Positions 10,103-19,623 of a stretch of 64,000 bases of DNA are shown here, piece by piece. Below the pieces are notes generated by a model. That model saw nothing but the letters and a program-made list of their open reading frames with translations, was not told the origin of the DNA and did not search any database. The translations under genes and the position numbers were made by a program. The stretch comes from Yoonia sp. (GTDB lineage Bacteria; Pseudomonadota; Alphaproteobacteria; Rhodobacterales; Rhodobacteraceae), in assembly GCA_023263855.1 (NCBI GenBank), contig JALQUF010000002.1, forward strand, positions 2,238 through 66,237, read 5' to 3'. Positions within the stretch are counted from its first letter, which is position 1, and the number at the start of each line of letters is the position of its first letter.

Positions 10103-11784
10103 CGCTCGGTCAGTTTCAGTTCGATCCGTCTGTTTTGGGCGCGTGCCTCTGGTGTGTCCAGCGGATTGATCGGCTGGAATTCACCAAAGCCGTTGGCTGC
10201 CAATCTGCGCGGGTCGATCCCAAGGTCTTCGGACATGAACCGCACAACTGATAATGCGCGCGCTTGGCTAAGTTCCCAGTTGTCTGCAAAGCGGCTATTG
10301 GTGCCGACAGGTATATTGTCTGTATGGCCATCAACACGGATCACCCAGTCAATGCCGTCGGGGATATCGTCTGCGATGCTGCGCAGGATGTCGGCAATAT
10401 TTGCGATCTCGGCTTCGCCGGTCTCTGCCAGATTGGCGCTTCCCGGTTCAAACAGGACTTCGGAGTTGAAGATGAAACGGTCGCCTTCAATGCGGATACG
10501 GTCCTGCCCTTCAAGGATCTCGCGCAGTTCACCAAAGAAATCGGATTTGAACCGCGCTAGGTTTTCGGCTTCGGCGGCAAGACGTTCCGCCTCTTCCTCC
10601 AGACGTGCCGCCTCGGCCTCAAGCCTGATGCGCTCGGCTTCTTCCAGTGCGCGGCGTTGGCGTTCCTCAGACACGACCCGCGCCAGCGCAGTGTTCAGTT
10701 GCGCGCCCAGTGTTTCGATTTGGACCTGCGCCTCGCGGTCGGCCTCTTCTGCAAGGTTGAGCAAAGACTGAAGGTTGCCAACTTGCGTGCGCAGCTCTGT
10801 GACTTGTTCGTTAAGCAGGGCGACCTGGCGTTGGCTTTCAGCAGAAAGGGCCTCTTGTGCAGCAAGTTCTTGATTGGCGATGGCCAACAAGGCCGCCTGT
10901 CTTTCAGCCTCGGTTGATTGTTCCCCCAGCGCGCCTTGAGTTTGCGCCAGCTGTGCTGCCAACGCCTGGTTTTCTTCGGCAAGCGAGCCGCGCAAAGCGT
11001 CCAACTCTGCCTGCGCGGCACGTGCGGCGGCAAGAAGCGTCAGCGTGTCTTCTGCCTCTTGGCGTTGCCGCTCAAGATTAAGGGTCATGGCCGATAGTTC
11101 AGTGTCGGCATTCGCCAGTCGCTCACGCAAAGCTTCGGCAGCAGCGGCGCTGGTCAGTTGGTCAGCCTCTAGCGCTGAAATGCGCGCGGTCTGTGTCTCA
11201 TTCTCGGTTTCGAGATCGGCGATCAGCGCTTCCAATGCTTCGCGTCGGGCTGCCGCAAGCCGGGCCGCTTCTGCCCCTTCATCAATTTCGGTGCGCGCTT
11301 GGGCCAGCGCGAGGTTGAGCGCCTCCTGCTGCGTCAGCAGACGGTCCTGTTCGGCTTCCAGCCCTGCGATATTTGCAAGCGCATCGCGGCGGTCACTTAA
11401 CAATCCGGCAACCTGTGCTTCGAATTGTGTGATTTCGCTTTGTGCCTGCGCCAGCGCCTGATCTTGGGCCTCGCGCTCGGCAATCAGAGCCGCGATCCGG
11501 CCAGCCTGCCGCGTGGCTTCGTTATTTGCGGCTTCAAGATCAGAGGTGAGGGATGCGTTCGTATCACGCTCAAGGCCCAGCGTCGCTGTCAGCGCGGCCA
11601 CTTCATTGCTGAGCGCGTCCAGTTCTGTCTCTTGTCCGGTAATCTGTTGGCGCAGCACAAACTGGATGACCATAAAGATCGTCAGCACGAACATCAGCAC
11701 AAGCAAAAGCCCGGTCATCGCATCGACGAAACCCGGCCAGATCGCATTCTGGAACCTGTTTGATGATCTGCGGCTAAGCGCCAT
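10099..11784 (-). CDS. OmpA/MotB-like peptidoglycan-binding membrane protein with long coiled coil
   Basis: N-terminal WPGFVDAMTGLL TM helix, ~350-aa coiled coil, C-terminal RVDGHTD...NWELSQARA...NRRIELK. Confidence 0.9.
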   Translation of the reverse strand: MALSRRSSNRFQNAIWPGFVDAMTGLLLVLMFVLTIFMVIQFVLRQQITGQETELDALSNEVAALTATLGLERDTNASLTSDLEAANNEATRQAGRIAALIAEREAQDQALAQAQSEITQFEAQVAGLLSDRRDALANIAGLEAEQDRLLTQQEALNLALAQARTEIDEGAEAARLAAARREALEALIADLETENETQTARISALEADQLTSAAAAEALRERLANADTELSAMTLNLERQRQEAEDTLTLLAAARAAQAELDALRGSLAEENQALAAQLAQTQGALGEQSTEAERQAALLAIANQELAAQEALSAESQRQVALLNEQVTELRTQVGNLQSLLNLAEEADREAQVQIETLGAQLNTALARVVSEERQRRALEEAERIRLEAEAARLEEEAERLAAEAENLARFKSDFFGELREILEGQDRIRIEGDRFIFNSEVLFEPGSANLAETGEAEIANIADILRSIADDIPDGIDWVIRVDGHTDNIPVGTNSRFADNWELSQARALSVVRFMSEDLGIDPRRLAANGFGEFQPINPLDTPEARAQNRRIELKLTER

Positions 11785-11787
11785 TGA

Positions 11788-12942
11788 TCAGCCTCTGCCT
11801 TTGATCGCGTTTGCCAAGTTCGCAATTTCGCTGCGCAAGTCACCGATGCTTTGCTGACGTCCTGCTGACATCTCTTCCAGGATACGCAGCAATTGCACGT
11901 CGATGGACCGCAGCCGCATGCGGCTTTCAGCATCAATGCCTTCCATCCCGCTATCATCGAGTTTCTTGATCAGTGCCTCTTGTCCCAGGGCGACCCGTTC
12001 CAGAAGTGCGGAATTTGCGTTGGCTGTATTCGATTGCGCCATCTTTTCAATCGCCGAGGCGAGTGCCGCGAAACGTTTGTCGTTGTCTTCGCGGTCTGCG
12101 TCGGTCTGGCCCATTTGCATTTGGATGGTGTCTATCAACTCGCCCAACTGTTCAACAAACGGGCCCATCGCGCTAAGGTCGGCTCCGCCGCCGGCACCTT
12201 CTTCGCCGTCAAAGCCGACGCGTGTGATGGTGGATAGCCACTCTTCCAGTTCGCGGTAGAACCGGTTTTGTCCGTGGCCTGCGAACAGTTCAAGCAGTCC
12301 GACAATCAACGACCCGGCCAGGCCAAGAAGCGAACTGGAAAAGGCCGTGCCCATGCCGCCAAGTTGGGCCTCTAGTCCCGATTGGAGGCGTGCAAAAATG
12401 TCGGCGCCACTTTCGCCTTCGCCGGGGTTCAGGGACCGGATCGTTTCGACCAAAGCAGGTACCGTCGTCGCAAGGCCATAGAACGTGCCTAAAAGCCCGA
12501 GGAAAATCAGGACATTGCCAATATACCGCGTGATTTCGCGGTCTTCGTCGATCCGCTGTGCCACGGAATCAAGGATCGACCGGCCAGAGCTGGATGAAAC
12601 CTGTGTCCGGGCGCCGCGCGACCGCAGCAAGGTCGCCAATGGGGCCAGCAGCGAAGGGGCCGCGCTATAGGAGTGCCCGCCTGCCTCTTGCGCGAACCGT
12701 TCGATCCAGCGCACCGAATTCATCAACAGAAAGACCTGATTGAAGCAAGACAAGACGCCCAGCACGAACACCCCGAGGATCACCCCGTTCAGGTAGGGAT
12801 TCGATTGATAGATCGCGGTGATCTGTGCAAGCCCGAGGTAGAAACCAGCCCCCACCAAGCCAAGCACGATCAGCATGAACAAAAGCTGGCGCAATGGCTG
12901 TGAAAACTGCGGCTGTGTTTTGGGTTCCCGTTTAACCGACAA
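11788..12942 (-). CDS. MotA/TolQ/ExbB-family proton-channel protein
   Basis: LIFLGLLGTFYGL and GMGTAFSSSLLGL TM motifs, C-terminal soluble helical tail. Confidence 0.85.
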   Translation of the reverse strand: MSVKREPKTQPQFSQPLRQLLFMLIVLGLVGAGFYLGLAQITAIYQSNPYLNGVILGVFVLGVLSCFNQVFLLMNSVRWIERFAQEAGGHSYSAAPSLLAPLATLLRSRGARTQVSSSSGRSILDSVAQRIDEDREITRYIGNVLIFLGLLGTFYGLATTVPALVETIRSLNPGEGESGADIFARLQSGLEAQLGGMGTAFSSSLLGLAGSLIVGLLELFAGHGQNRFYRELEEWLSTITRVGFDGEEGAGGGADLSAMGPFVEQLGELIDTIQMQMGQTDADREDNDKRFAALASAIEKMAQSNTANANSALLERVALGQEALIKKLDDSGMEGIDAESRMRLRSIDVQLLRILEEMSAGRQQSIGDLRSEIANLANAIKGRG

Positions 12943-13031
12943 AGGGGGGAGTCCTCATATTGTGTGACTGCTTCGATCGCATAACACCATATGGCTGAAA
13001 ATGCGCAAACCCAAACATAATCGGGGGTGGC

Positions 13032-13562
13032 TTATGTTGCTGTCAAAGCACGCACGCGCCTGACCAGCCACGCCATATCATCATCCTTAATCCCAAGCTC
13101 GGTCAGGTGGGCGGCTGTATTGAACAGATATTCTGTGTTTGGCCCGCGTCCGCCGATGGCCTGCGCGATCATCTGTGCCTGCTTTTCAAGGTCGAATTGG
13201 CAGTACTGTTCATGATCACGGTCAATGATGTAGGCTAGCGCGGGAATTTTTTCGCCTTCGTCACAGACCAGTTCAACTGTGTCTTCGTAATAGGCCGATG
13301 AAATCAGCTCGCGCGCGCGCAATTCGGCATGAACCTTGTCTGCTTCATCATCCGCCACCTGAAAGGCCACCCCGGTGCACTGTCCGCCCGCCTGAGCGTC
13401 AAGTGCGAGGACGAGGCCGGGGTCTTCTTCTGATCCGCGATGGTGGATCGACAACATACAAAAGCTGCGGTGATAGTCATGCAGGCACGCCTTTACCGCC
13501 CGCACCGGGGTGAAACCCGGGTTCCACAAAAGTGAACCATATCCAAAGACCCAAAACGCCAT
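13032..13562 (-). CDS. chaC: Gamma-glutamylcyclotransferase, ChaC family
   Basis: WVFGYGSLLW, HHRGS...PGLVLALD, G.GPNTEYL. Confidence 0.9.
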   Translation of the reverse strand: MAFWVFGYGSLLWNPGFTPVRAVKACLHDYHRSFCMLSIHHRGSEEDPGLVLALDAQAGGQCTGVAFQVADDEADKVHAELRARELISSAYYEDTVELVCDEGEKIPALAYIIDRDHEQYCQFDLEKQAQMIAQAIGGRGPNTEYLFNTAAHLTELGIKDDDMAWLVRRVRALTAT

Positions 13563-13623
13563 ACTGCCATTCCCATTGCCCTAGCGCACATAAACACTGG
13601 TTTTGATGGGACGAAAAGGGGGG

Positions 13624-14157
13624 TCAGACCGCGCGCAGCAGGTCGCCAAAGATCGCAGTGGTGTGGTCTTGCAGATAAATTCGAAGCCAGGGGGTATATT
13701 GCGCAGGATGCCGGGCCACATCTGCGGTCAGATCATAGAAATCGACCCAGCGTGTTTCCATGACCTCATCAGGATTGGGAACCACCTTCAGGTCATTTGG
13801 CGCATCAGCGATATAGACTTGGACAACCTCATGTTCTATCAGGCCGCCGCCAACGTCAGCGCGGTATTCGATCTCATCCCGGTGGGATGGGTATAATCCT
13901 TTGATCCCCAACTCTTCGTCCAGACGGCGCACGGCGCAATCGGTCGGGTCTTCATCCCATTCGGGGTGCGTGCAGCAGGTATTCGCCCAAAGCCCCGGTG
14001 TGTGGTATTTGCCCAACGCGCGGCGTTGGATCAGGACGCGGCCGCGGTTCATCACAAAGACGCTGACAGCCTTGTGCTTGAGACCGCGAACGTGGGCATC
14101 CAGTTTTTCAACCGGTTTCAGTGTACCGTTTTCCCAGGCCGGGATCATGATCGTCAT
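13624..14157 (-). CDS. idi: Isopentenyl-diphosphate delta-isomerase type 1
   Basis: KLDAH, HKAVSVF, WANTCCTHP, EHE, PNPDEV, YTPWL. Confidence 0.95.
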   Translation of the reverse strand: MTIMIPAWENGTLKPVEKLDAHVRGLKHKAVSVFVMNRGRVLIQRRALGKYHTPGLWANTCCTHPEWDEDPTDCAVRRLDEELGIKGLYPSHRDEIEYRADVGGGLIEHEVVQVYIADAPNDLKVVPNPDEVMETRWVDFYDLTADVARHPAQYTPWLRIYLQDHTTAIFGDLLRAV

Positions 14158-15335
14158 GTGCGCAACGGCGATACCAGCCGCGTCAGATGCGCGAGGTTCT
14201 TGATGCCGATTTTCAGGTGTGCCATGGGCCGCGCCTTTACCAGTTTCTTATTCATATATGCCTCAAACGTCAGCTTTTGCACGTCGACATCATGACACAG
14301 GGACACAAAGCGCTCGCGCCGTTCGTCGCTGCGGTAATAGGCGTTTTGCATCGCGCCCAAAACCCGAAATACCTGTTTATGTTCGCGCATGAAAAGTTTT
14401 CGCGCCAGTTGCAGGTCTTTCACGCGCCCTGACGCCAATGTTGCGGCGGCAGCGGTGGCGGCCACGCGTCCGCCGACCATCGCATAGTAAATGCCTTCGC
14501 CTGATGACGGGGCGACAACGCCAGCAGCATCACCGGCCAGCACCACGTCTTTGCCATTGTCCCAGCAATCCAGCGGCTTGAGCGGGATCGGCGCGCCTTC
14601 TTTGCGGATCGTCTTGCAATCGGTCAGCCCCGATGCCGCGCGCAGATCGGCGGTGGCCTGTTTGACGTCAACGGATTTGATCAAGGAGCCCATGCCGACG
14701 CTGGCTTGCCCGCCGTGGGGAAAGACCCAGCCATAGAAGTCGGGTGAAATCCTGCCGTCATAGATCACGTCGCAACGTGCGGGATCATAGGTGGCAGTTG
14801 CCGCGGGGGCCTCGATAATCTCGTGATAGGCGATCACGTAAGGGATCTTGTCGCCGTCCTTGATCTCGGCCCGTGCCACGTTTGAACGCGCGCCATCGGC
14901 CCCGATGACCAGTTTGGTATCCAGCTTCATTTCATTGCCGCTGACCTTGTCACGGTAGATAACGTGGGTGCCTGCGGTATCGCGCTCGATCTTGGTGAAT
15001 GTGCCGGAATAGCGGTGTGCGCCTGCGTCTTTGGCCCGCTTGCGCAGGAATTCGTCGAAATGTTCGCGGTCGACCATGCCGACATAGCCGTTCTCGATCG
15101 GGATATCGACCTGCCGCCCGGTAGGCGAGATCATGCGCGCGGTGTTCACCTTGGCCACGATCTGTTCGTCGGGGATGAAGAAATCTGCAATCAAGCGTGG
15201 CGGAACGGCTCCGCCGCAGGGTTTGATGCGCCCCTCACGGTCGATGAAAGCAACCTTGTGACCTGATCGCGCCAGATCTTCTGCGGCGGTGGCCCCGGAT
15301 GGGCCCGCGCCCACGACAACGACATCATATTGCAT
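14154..15335 (-). CDS. bchP: Geranylgeranyl-bacteriochlorophyll reductase
   Basis: VGAGPSGA FAD motif, IKPCGGA, SPDFYGWVFPHG, GDAAG..APSSGEGIYYA. Confidence 0.95.
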   Translation of the reverse strand: MQYDVVVVGAGPSGATAAEDLARSGHKVAFIDREGRIKPCGGAVPPRLIADFFIPDEQIVAKVNTARMISPTGRQVDIPIENGYVGMVDREHFDEFLRKRAKDAGAHRYSGTFTKIERDTAGTHVIYRDKVSGNEMKLDTKLVIGADGARSNVARAEIKDGDKIPYVIAYHEIIEAPAATATYDPARCDVIYDGRISPDFYGWVFPHGGQASVGMGSLIKSVDVKQATADLRAASGLTDCKTIRKEGAPIPLKPLDCWDNGKDVVLAGDAAGVVAPSSGEGIYYAMVGGRVAATAAAATLASGRVKDLQLARKLFMREHKQVFRVLGAMQNAYYRSDERRERFVSLCHDVDVQKLTFEAYMNKKLVKARPMAHLKIGIKNLAHLTRLVSPLRT

Positions 15336-15338
15336 TTG

Positions 15339-16619
15339 CTATTCTCCCGGAACGAGGGTGGCGGACGGCATTTTGCGATCCATGATTTTGGCGGCCATTG
15401 CAGTGGCAGCGATAAAGAGGGCGGCTTCGGCGATAAAGACCGACCCGAAGGCTTGGGTGTCGGTCATGCTGACGCGCAAAAGGTCAACCATACCCGCCCC
15501 AATCAACCCGCCAAACCCGGCGGCGATGGCTTGCGCAGCCCCCCAAAGACCCATGCGTGTGCCTTCGCGGCGCTCAGCGCCTTCGGCAGCCAGCGCCATC
15601 ATTGATCCGATGGCGGCGACCGCGAACATGCCATTGAAGAACCCCAAAAGCACGACAGCAGGCACAAGCGGCGCACCGGGTCCGATGGGTCCGAGGAATG
15701 TAATCAGGATCAACGCAACAGCAGACCCAACGCAGCCGGTCATCACCCAGTTGCGCAGCGCGCCAATCTTGAAACCGGTGGCAAGGATGCCGACGGCCAG
15801 CATTCCGATAAACACACCGCCATTTTGCGCGCCCGAAAGCGATGTCGATTGCCCGGGTGTGAAGCCAAAAACAAGGCCTGCATAGGGTTCGAGGATCAGT
15901 TCTTGCATGAAATAGGCGGTCATCGACAAAAAGACGAAGATCGTGAAATTGCGCGCTTTGCGTTCGGACCAGACCTCTTTCAGCCCATCCATGAAGGGTG
16001 TTGGATCAGGTTCGCGCACGGCGATCAGGTGCTTTTCAATCTGCCAAACCGCAAGGGCGGTGATAAGCGTGGCCGCTGTCACAACGATGCCAACGATCTT
16101 GATGAGAAGCATGGGGGTATAAGGGTCAATGAATTGCCCGACGACCCCGGCTGTCATCGCAATGCCGAAGATCATCATCAACCAGGTGATTGTCGCAGCG
16201 GCAGCGCGCCTGTGCGGGGCTGTTGTTGTGGCCAATAGCGCCAGCAAAGAGGTGCCCGATGCGCCAACGCCAAGGCCGATCAGCGTGTAGGCAATGATGG
16301 ATATTGTCAGGCCAAGTGCGAATGATTGCTCAAATGCCAGCACACCGCATGCAGCCGTGAATGCACCCAATGCAAGGGCCACCATCCCGCCGATGATCCA
16401 GCGCGTCCGGTGGCCGCCCGTATCGGAATAGAACCCCCAATGTGGCCGCGTCAGCTGTATGCTATAGTGCAACCCGACCAGAAGGCCCGGCAGGATGGCG
16501 GGCAGTGACAGCTCGACCACCATAAGCCGGTTGAGCGTCGATGTCGTGAGCACAACAATTGCCCCCAGCGCCATCTGCACAAGACCCAGTCGAAAGATTT
16601 GGAACCATGTGAGTGTCAT
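15339..16619 (-). CDS. pucC: BCD-family MFS transporter (PucC/Bch2-like)
   Basis: RLGLVQMALGA..LNRLMVVEL, QELILEPY, REGTRMGLWGAAQA; between bchG and bchP. Confidence 0.88.
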   Translation of the reverse strand: MTLTWFQIFRLGLVQMALGAIVVLTTSTLNRLMVVELSLPAILPGLLVGLHYSIQLTRPHWGFYSDTGGHRTRWIIGGMVALALGAFTAACGVLAFEQSFALGLTISIIAYTLIGLGVGASGTSLLALLATTTAPHRRAAAATITWLMMIFGIAMTAGVVGQFIDPYTPMLLIKIVGIVVTAATLITALAVWQIEKHLIAVREPDPTPFMDGLKEVWSERKARNFTIFVFLSMTAYFMQELILEPYAGLVFGFTPGQSTSLSGAQNGGVFIGMLAVGILATGFKIGALRNWVMTGCVGSAVALILITFLGPIGPGAPLVPAVVLLGFFNGMFAVAAIGSMMALAAEGAERREGTRMGLWGAAQAIAAGFGGLIGAGMVDLLRVSMTDTQAFGSVFIAEAALFIAATAMAAKIMDRKMPSATLVPGE

Positions 16620-16620
16620 C

Positions 16621-17535
16621 TCAGCCTCCGATGCCGCGCAGTGCAACGGCGCTGATCATCATGCCGCTGATATAGAAAAGAATGCCCATGCCTTGATACC
16701 AAGGTGTTTTGCCTTCGGGGTCGCGCAGCAAGACGCGCATCGCCCCCAATTGCACGGCCAGCATCGCCACGACACCAAGGGCGAACACCGGCTTGCCCCA
16801 ATATGTCAGCAGCCCGATGACGACGACTTGCGGCACCGCCATGATCCAGCAGGCCACCCGCGCTGCGCGGTCTGGCCCAAGCGTGACGGGCAGCGACCGC
16901 AAGCCAGTTGCGCGGTCACCTTCAATCGCTTTGAAATCGTTGAGTGTCATAATCCCATGCGCGCCGATGCCGTAAAGAACGGCAATCGCAATGACCTGCG
17001 GGCTTGGCGCGCCTGCTGCAACAACGGCGGCACCTGTGACCCAAGGCAGCGTTTCATAGGCCAGCCCACAGAGCCCCGGCCCCCACCAGCCTGATTTCTT
17101 GGCGCGGATCGGTTCGGCCGAGTATGCCCAAGCGGCTGCGACGGCAAGAATGGTTGCGCCAAACCCCCAAGGGCCCAGCTGATAGCCGACAACCAGCCCC
17201 AGAACTGTCATGGCAAGCGCGATATAGAGCCCCCAACGTCCGGGAATACGCCCCGAAGGAATCGGGCGATCCGGTTCATTGATTGCGTCGACGTGCCGGT
17301 CGCACCAATCATTCGCGGCTTGCGACATACCGCAAACTATGGGCCCTGCAAGAATAACGCCCAGAGCGACTAAAAACCAATGATCAGAAGGGCTTGCGCC
17401 GGATGAGACCACACCGCACAGATAGGCCCACATCGGTGGAAACCATGTGACAGGTTTGATCAACCGCAACATCGCCCGCGGCTCGGGCCAGCGGCGAGAT
17501 GTGAGGGTGATCTGTAAATCTGACGTTACACTCAT
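16621..17535 (-). CDS. bchG: Bacteriochlorophyll a synthase (UbiA family)
   Basis: LIKPVTWFPPMW, NDWCDRHVDAINEPDRPIPSG, NDFKAIEGDR. Confidence 0.95.
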   Translation of the reverse strand: MSVTSDLQITLTSRRWPEPRAMLRLIKPVTWFPPMWAYLCGVVSSGASPSDHWFLVALGVILAGPIVCGMSQAANDWCDRHVDAINEPDRPIPSGRIPGRWGLYIALAMTVLGLVVGYQLGPWGFGATILAVAAAWAYSAEPIRAKKSGWWGPGLCGLAYETLPWVTGAAVVAAGAPSPQVIAIAVLYGIGAHGIMTLNDFKAIEGDRATGLRSLPVTLGPDRAARVACWIMAVPQVVVIGLLTYWGKPVFALGVVAMLAVQLGAMRVLLRDPEGKTPWYQGMGILFYISGMMISAVALRGIGG

Positions 17536-17590
17536 AATGTCAGTTTAAAGTGACATATATACTTTGGGCAAGTGTAAAGGTGCGTTGACA
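17513..17590. promoter_or_regulatory. Three PpsR/CrtJ boxes (TGT-N12-ACA) at 17513-17530, 17538-17555 and 17573-17590
   Basis: TGTAAATCTGACGTTACA, TGTCAGTTTAAAGTGACA, TGTAAAGGTGCGTTGACA, all exact matches clustered at the bchG start. Confidence 0.88.
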
Positions 17591-17705
17591 CTGTGCCATC
17601 TTGTCGCCTGCAAAAAACGGTGGTGCCAGCCACGCCAGACTTCTGGGCTTGTTGTCTTAGGGGGACTGGTGCAGAGTTTTCCAAAGCGCTTTGGGGTGTA
17701 ATGTG

Positions 17706-18488
17706 ATGACTATTCGTGCAGTGGTCTGGGGTGAAAATGTCCATGAGCAGACCAATCAAATCGTAGCGGGCCTTTATCCGGAAGGGATGCACGGTGCGAT
17801 TGCGGCGGCTTTGCAATCAGACGGCATTGCGGCGACGACCGCGACCTTGCAAGAGCCCGAACACGGATTGCCAGAGGATCGCCTGGCCGAAACGGATGTG
17901 CTGATCTGGTGGGGGCACGCAGCACATGGAGACGTCTCTGATCAGGTGGTTGAGCGGGTCGCGGACCATGTGAACGCCGGCATGGGGCTGATCCTGCTAC
18001 ACTCGGCCCATTTTGCGAAAATCTTTAAGCGTTTGATGGGGACGCCTTGCAATCTGACCTGGCGCGAAGCGGGCGAGCGTGAGCGTCTTTGGGTCACGTC
18101 CCGCAATCATCCCATTGCAGCCGGTCTGCCCGATCATTTTGAACTTGAGAATGAAGAGATGTATGGTGAACCCTTCGGCGTGCCTGAGCCGCTGGAGACT
18201 GTCTTTATCAGTTGGTTTCAGGGAGGAGAGGTTTTTCGCTCCGGCCTGACGTACAAACGTGGTGCGGGGAATGTGTTTTACTTTCGCCCGGGTCACGAGA
18301 CTTATCCCACCTACCACGATCCCAATGTGCAAAGAGTTTTGCGCAATGCCGTGTGCTGGGCGCATAACCCCGCCCCCCGTGTGACAGGGCTGCACGATGC
18401 GCCAAATGTGCCTGTCGATCAGGCGCTTGAGCCAATCGAAGAGCGTGGTCCACGGCTGCATGCGGATGGTGAGGAAGGCTTCCGGTGA
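17706..18488 (+). CDS. thuA: ThuA-family trehalose utilisation protein
   Basis: [43 protein letters not shown]. Confidence 0.9.
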   Translation: MTIRAVVWGENVHEQTNQIVAGLYPEGMHGAIAAALQSDGIAATTATLQEPEHGLPEDRLAETDVLIWWGHAAHGDVSDQVVERVADHVNAGMGLILLHSAHFAKIFKRLMGTPCNLTWREAGERERLWVTSRNHPIAAGLPDHFELENEEMYGEPFGVPEPLETVFISWFQGGEVFRSGLTYKRGAGNVFYFRPGHETYPTYHDPNVQRVLRNAVCWAHNPAPRVTGLHDAPNVPVDQALEPIEERGPRLHADGEEGFR

Positions 18489-19534
18489 TCCGTGTTCTGA
18501 TTGTCGGGACAGGTGTGATGGCGCATGACCATGCCAAGGCCTTTGCCGCGATGGGTGATGTGACCATCGTTGCGGGCGTTGACCCAAACGTAGAGCGCCT
18601 TGCCGCATTTACCAGCGCATTTGGTATCCCAAACGGGTTTGCATCGGTGGAGGATGCAATCGTCTGGGGTGCTTTTGACGCCGCTTCTAATGTGACACCC
18701 GATGCCATCCACCATCGCACAACCTTGCCGTTGCTAACTGCCGGCAAACATGTGCTGTGTGAGAAACCCTTGGCGACCAATCATCATGATGCAATTGAAA
18801 TGGCACGGGCTGCCATGGCCGCCGGTGTCGTCAATATGGTTAATCTGACCTACCGCAATGTGCCGGCGCTCATACAGGCATCTCAACTGGTGCAAGCAGG
18901 CCAGATCGGCGAAGTGCGACACTTCGAAGCCTCATATCTGCAAAGCTGGTTGACCCAAGACGCATGGGGCGACTGGCGCAGCGAAGATGCCTGGCTTTGG
19001 CGCTTGTCGCAGGCTCATGGTTCAATGGGTGTGTTGGGTGACGTTGGCGTGCATATTCTTGATTTCACCACCTACGCCGCAGGGTCAGACCCTGATCGTG
19101 TATCGTGCCGGCTCAAGACATTTGACAAGGCAGATGCTGGACAGATCGCAGGCTATTCGCTTGATGCCAACGATAGCGTGGCGATGCATCTATCGTTGCG
19201 TAATGGTGCAATCGGGGTGATCCACGCCAGTCGCTTTGCCAGCGGTCATATCAACGATCTGCATCTGCGCCTTTACGGGACCAAAGGTGGCCTTGATGTG
19301 CGGTTCGCTGGCTGGGAAAGCCAGCTTTTGATTTGCACAGGGGATAATCTGCGCAGTGCAAATTGGACGGCGGTCGATCCTGAGCCTGTGATCCCGAATT
19401 TCCGCAGGTTTATCGATGCGATCAAGACGGGCCAACCTGTCAGCCCGGATTTTGCGCGTGGGGCTGCGCTGCAACATGTCCTTGATATGGCGGTTGCCTC
19501 TGACAAGGCGGGTGCTTGTGATCAAATCATCTGA
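18485..19534 (+). CDS. Gfo/Idh/MocA oxidoreductase (ThuB-like)
   Basis: Rossmann [21 protein letters not shown]; overlaps thuA stop. Confidence 0.85.
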   Translation: MIRVLIVGTGVMAHDHAKAFAAMGDVTIVAGVDPNVERLAAFTSAFGIPNGFASVEDAIVWGAFDAASNVTPDAIHHRTTLPLLTAGKHVLCEKPLATNHHDAIEMARAAMAAGVVNMVNLTYRNVPALIQASQLVQAGQIGEVRHFEASYLQSWLTQDAWGDWRSEDAWLWRLSQAHGSMGVLGDVGVHILDFTTYAAGSDPDRVSCRLKTFDKADAGQIAGYSLDANDSVAMHLSLRNGAIGVIHASRFASGHINDLHLRLYGTKGGLDVRFAGWESQLLICTGDNLRSANWTAVDPEPVIPNFRRFIDAIKTGQPVSPDFARGAALQHVLDMAVASDKAGACDQII

Positions 19535-19623
19535 CGCGGGCATTTTCATCGAATTGTTTCGTTAAGTCTCCTTTCACGCCTGTCGCGCTAGGCCCTGAGT
19601 TGGGTGAGACATGAGGCAGTGGG

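Noticed and set aside
10560-11600. Repeat-like DNA in the OmpA-like gene
   Set aside because: Reflects Ala/Glu/Leu coiled-coil coding, not a nucleotide tandem repeat or CRISPR array
10099-12942. Complete Zorya anti-phage system
   Set aside because: No ZorC/D/E, helicase or nuclease nearby and the context is housekeeping; kept only as a ZorAB-like motor
13624-17535. Pseudogenised photosynthesis relic
   Set aside because: All four ORFs are full-length with intact catalytic motifs and intact PpsR boxes
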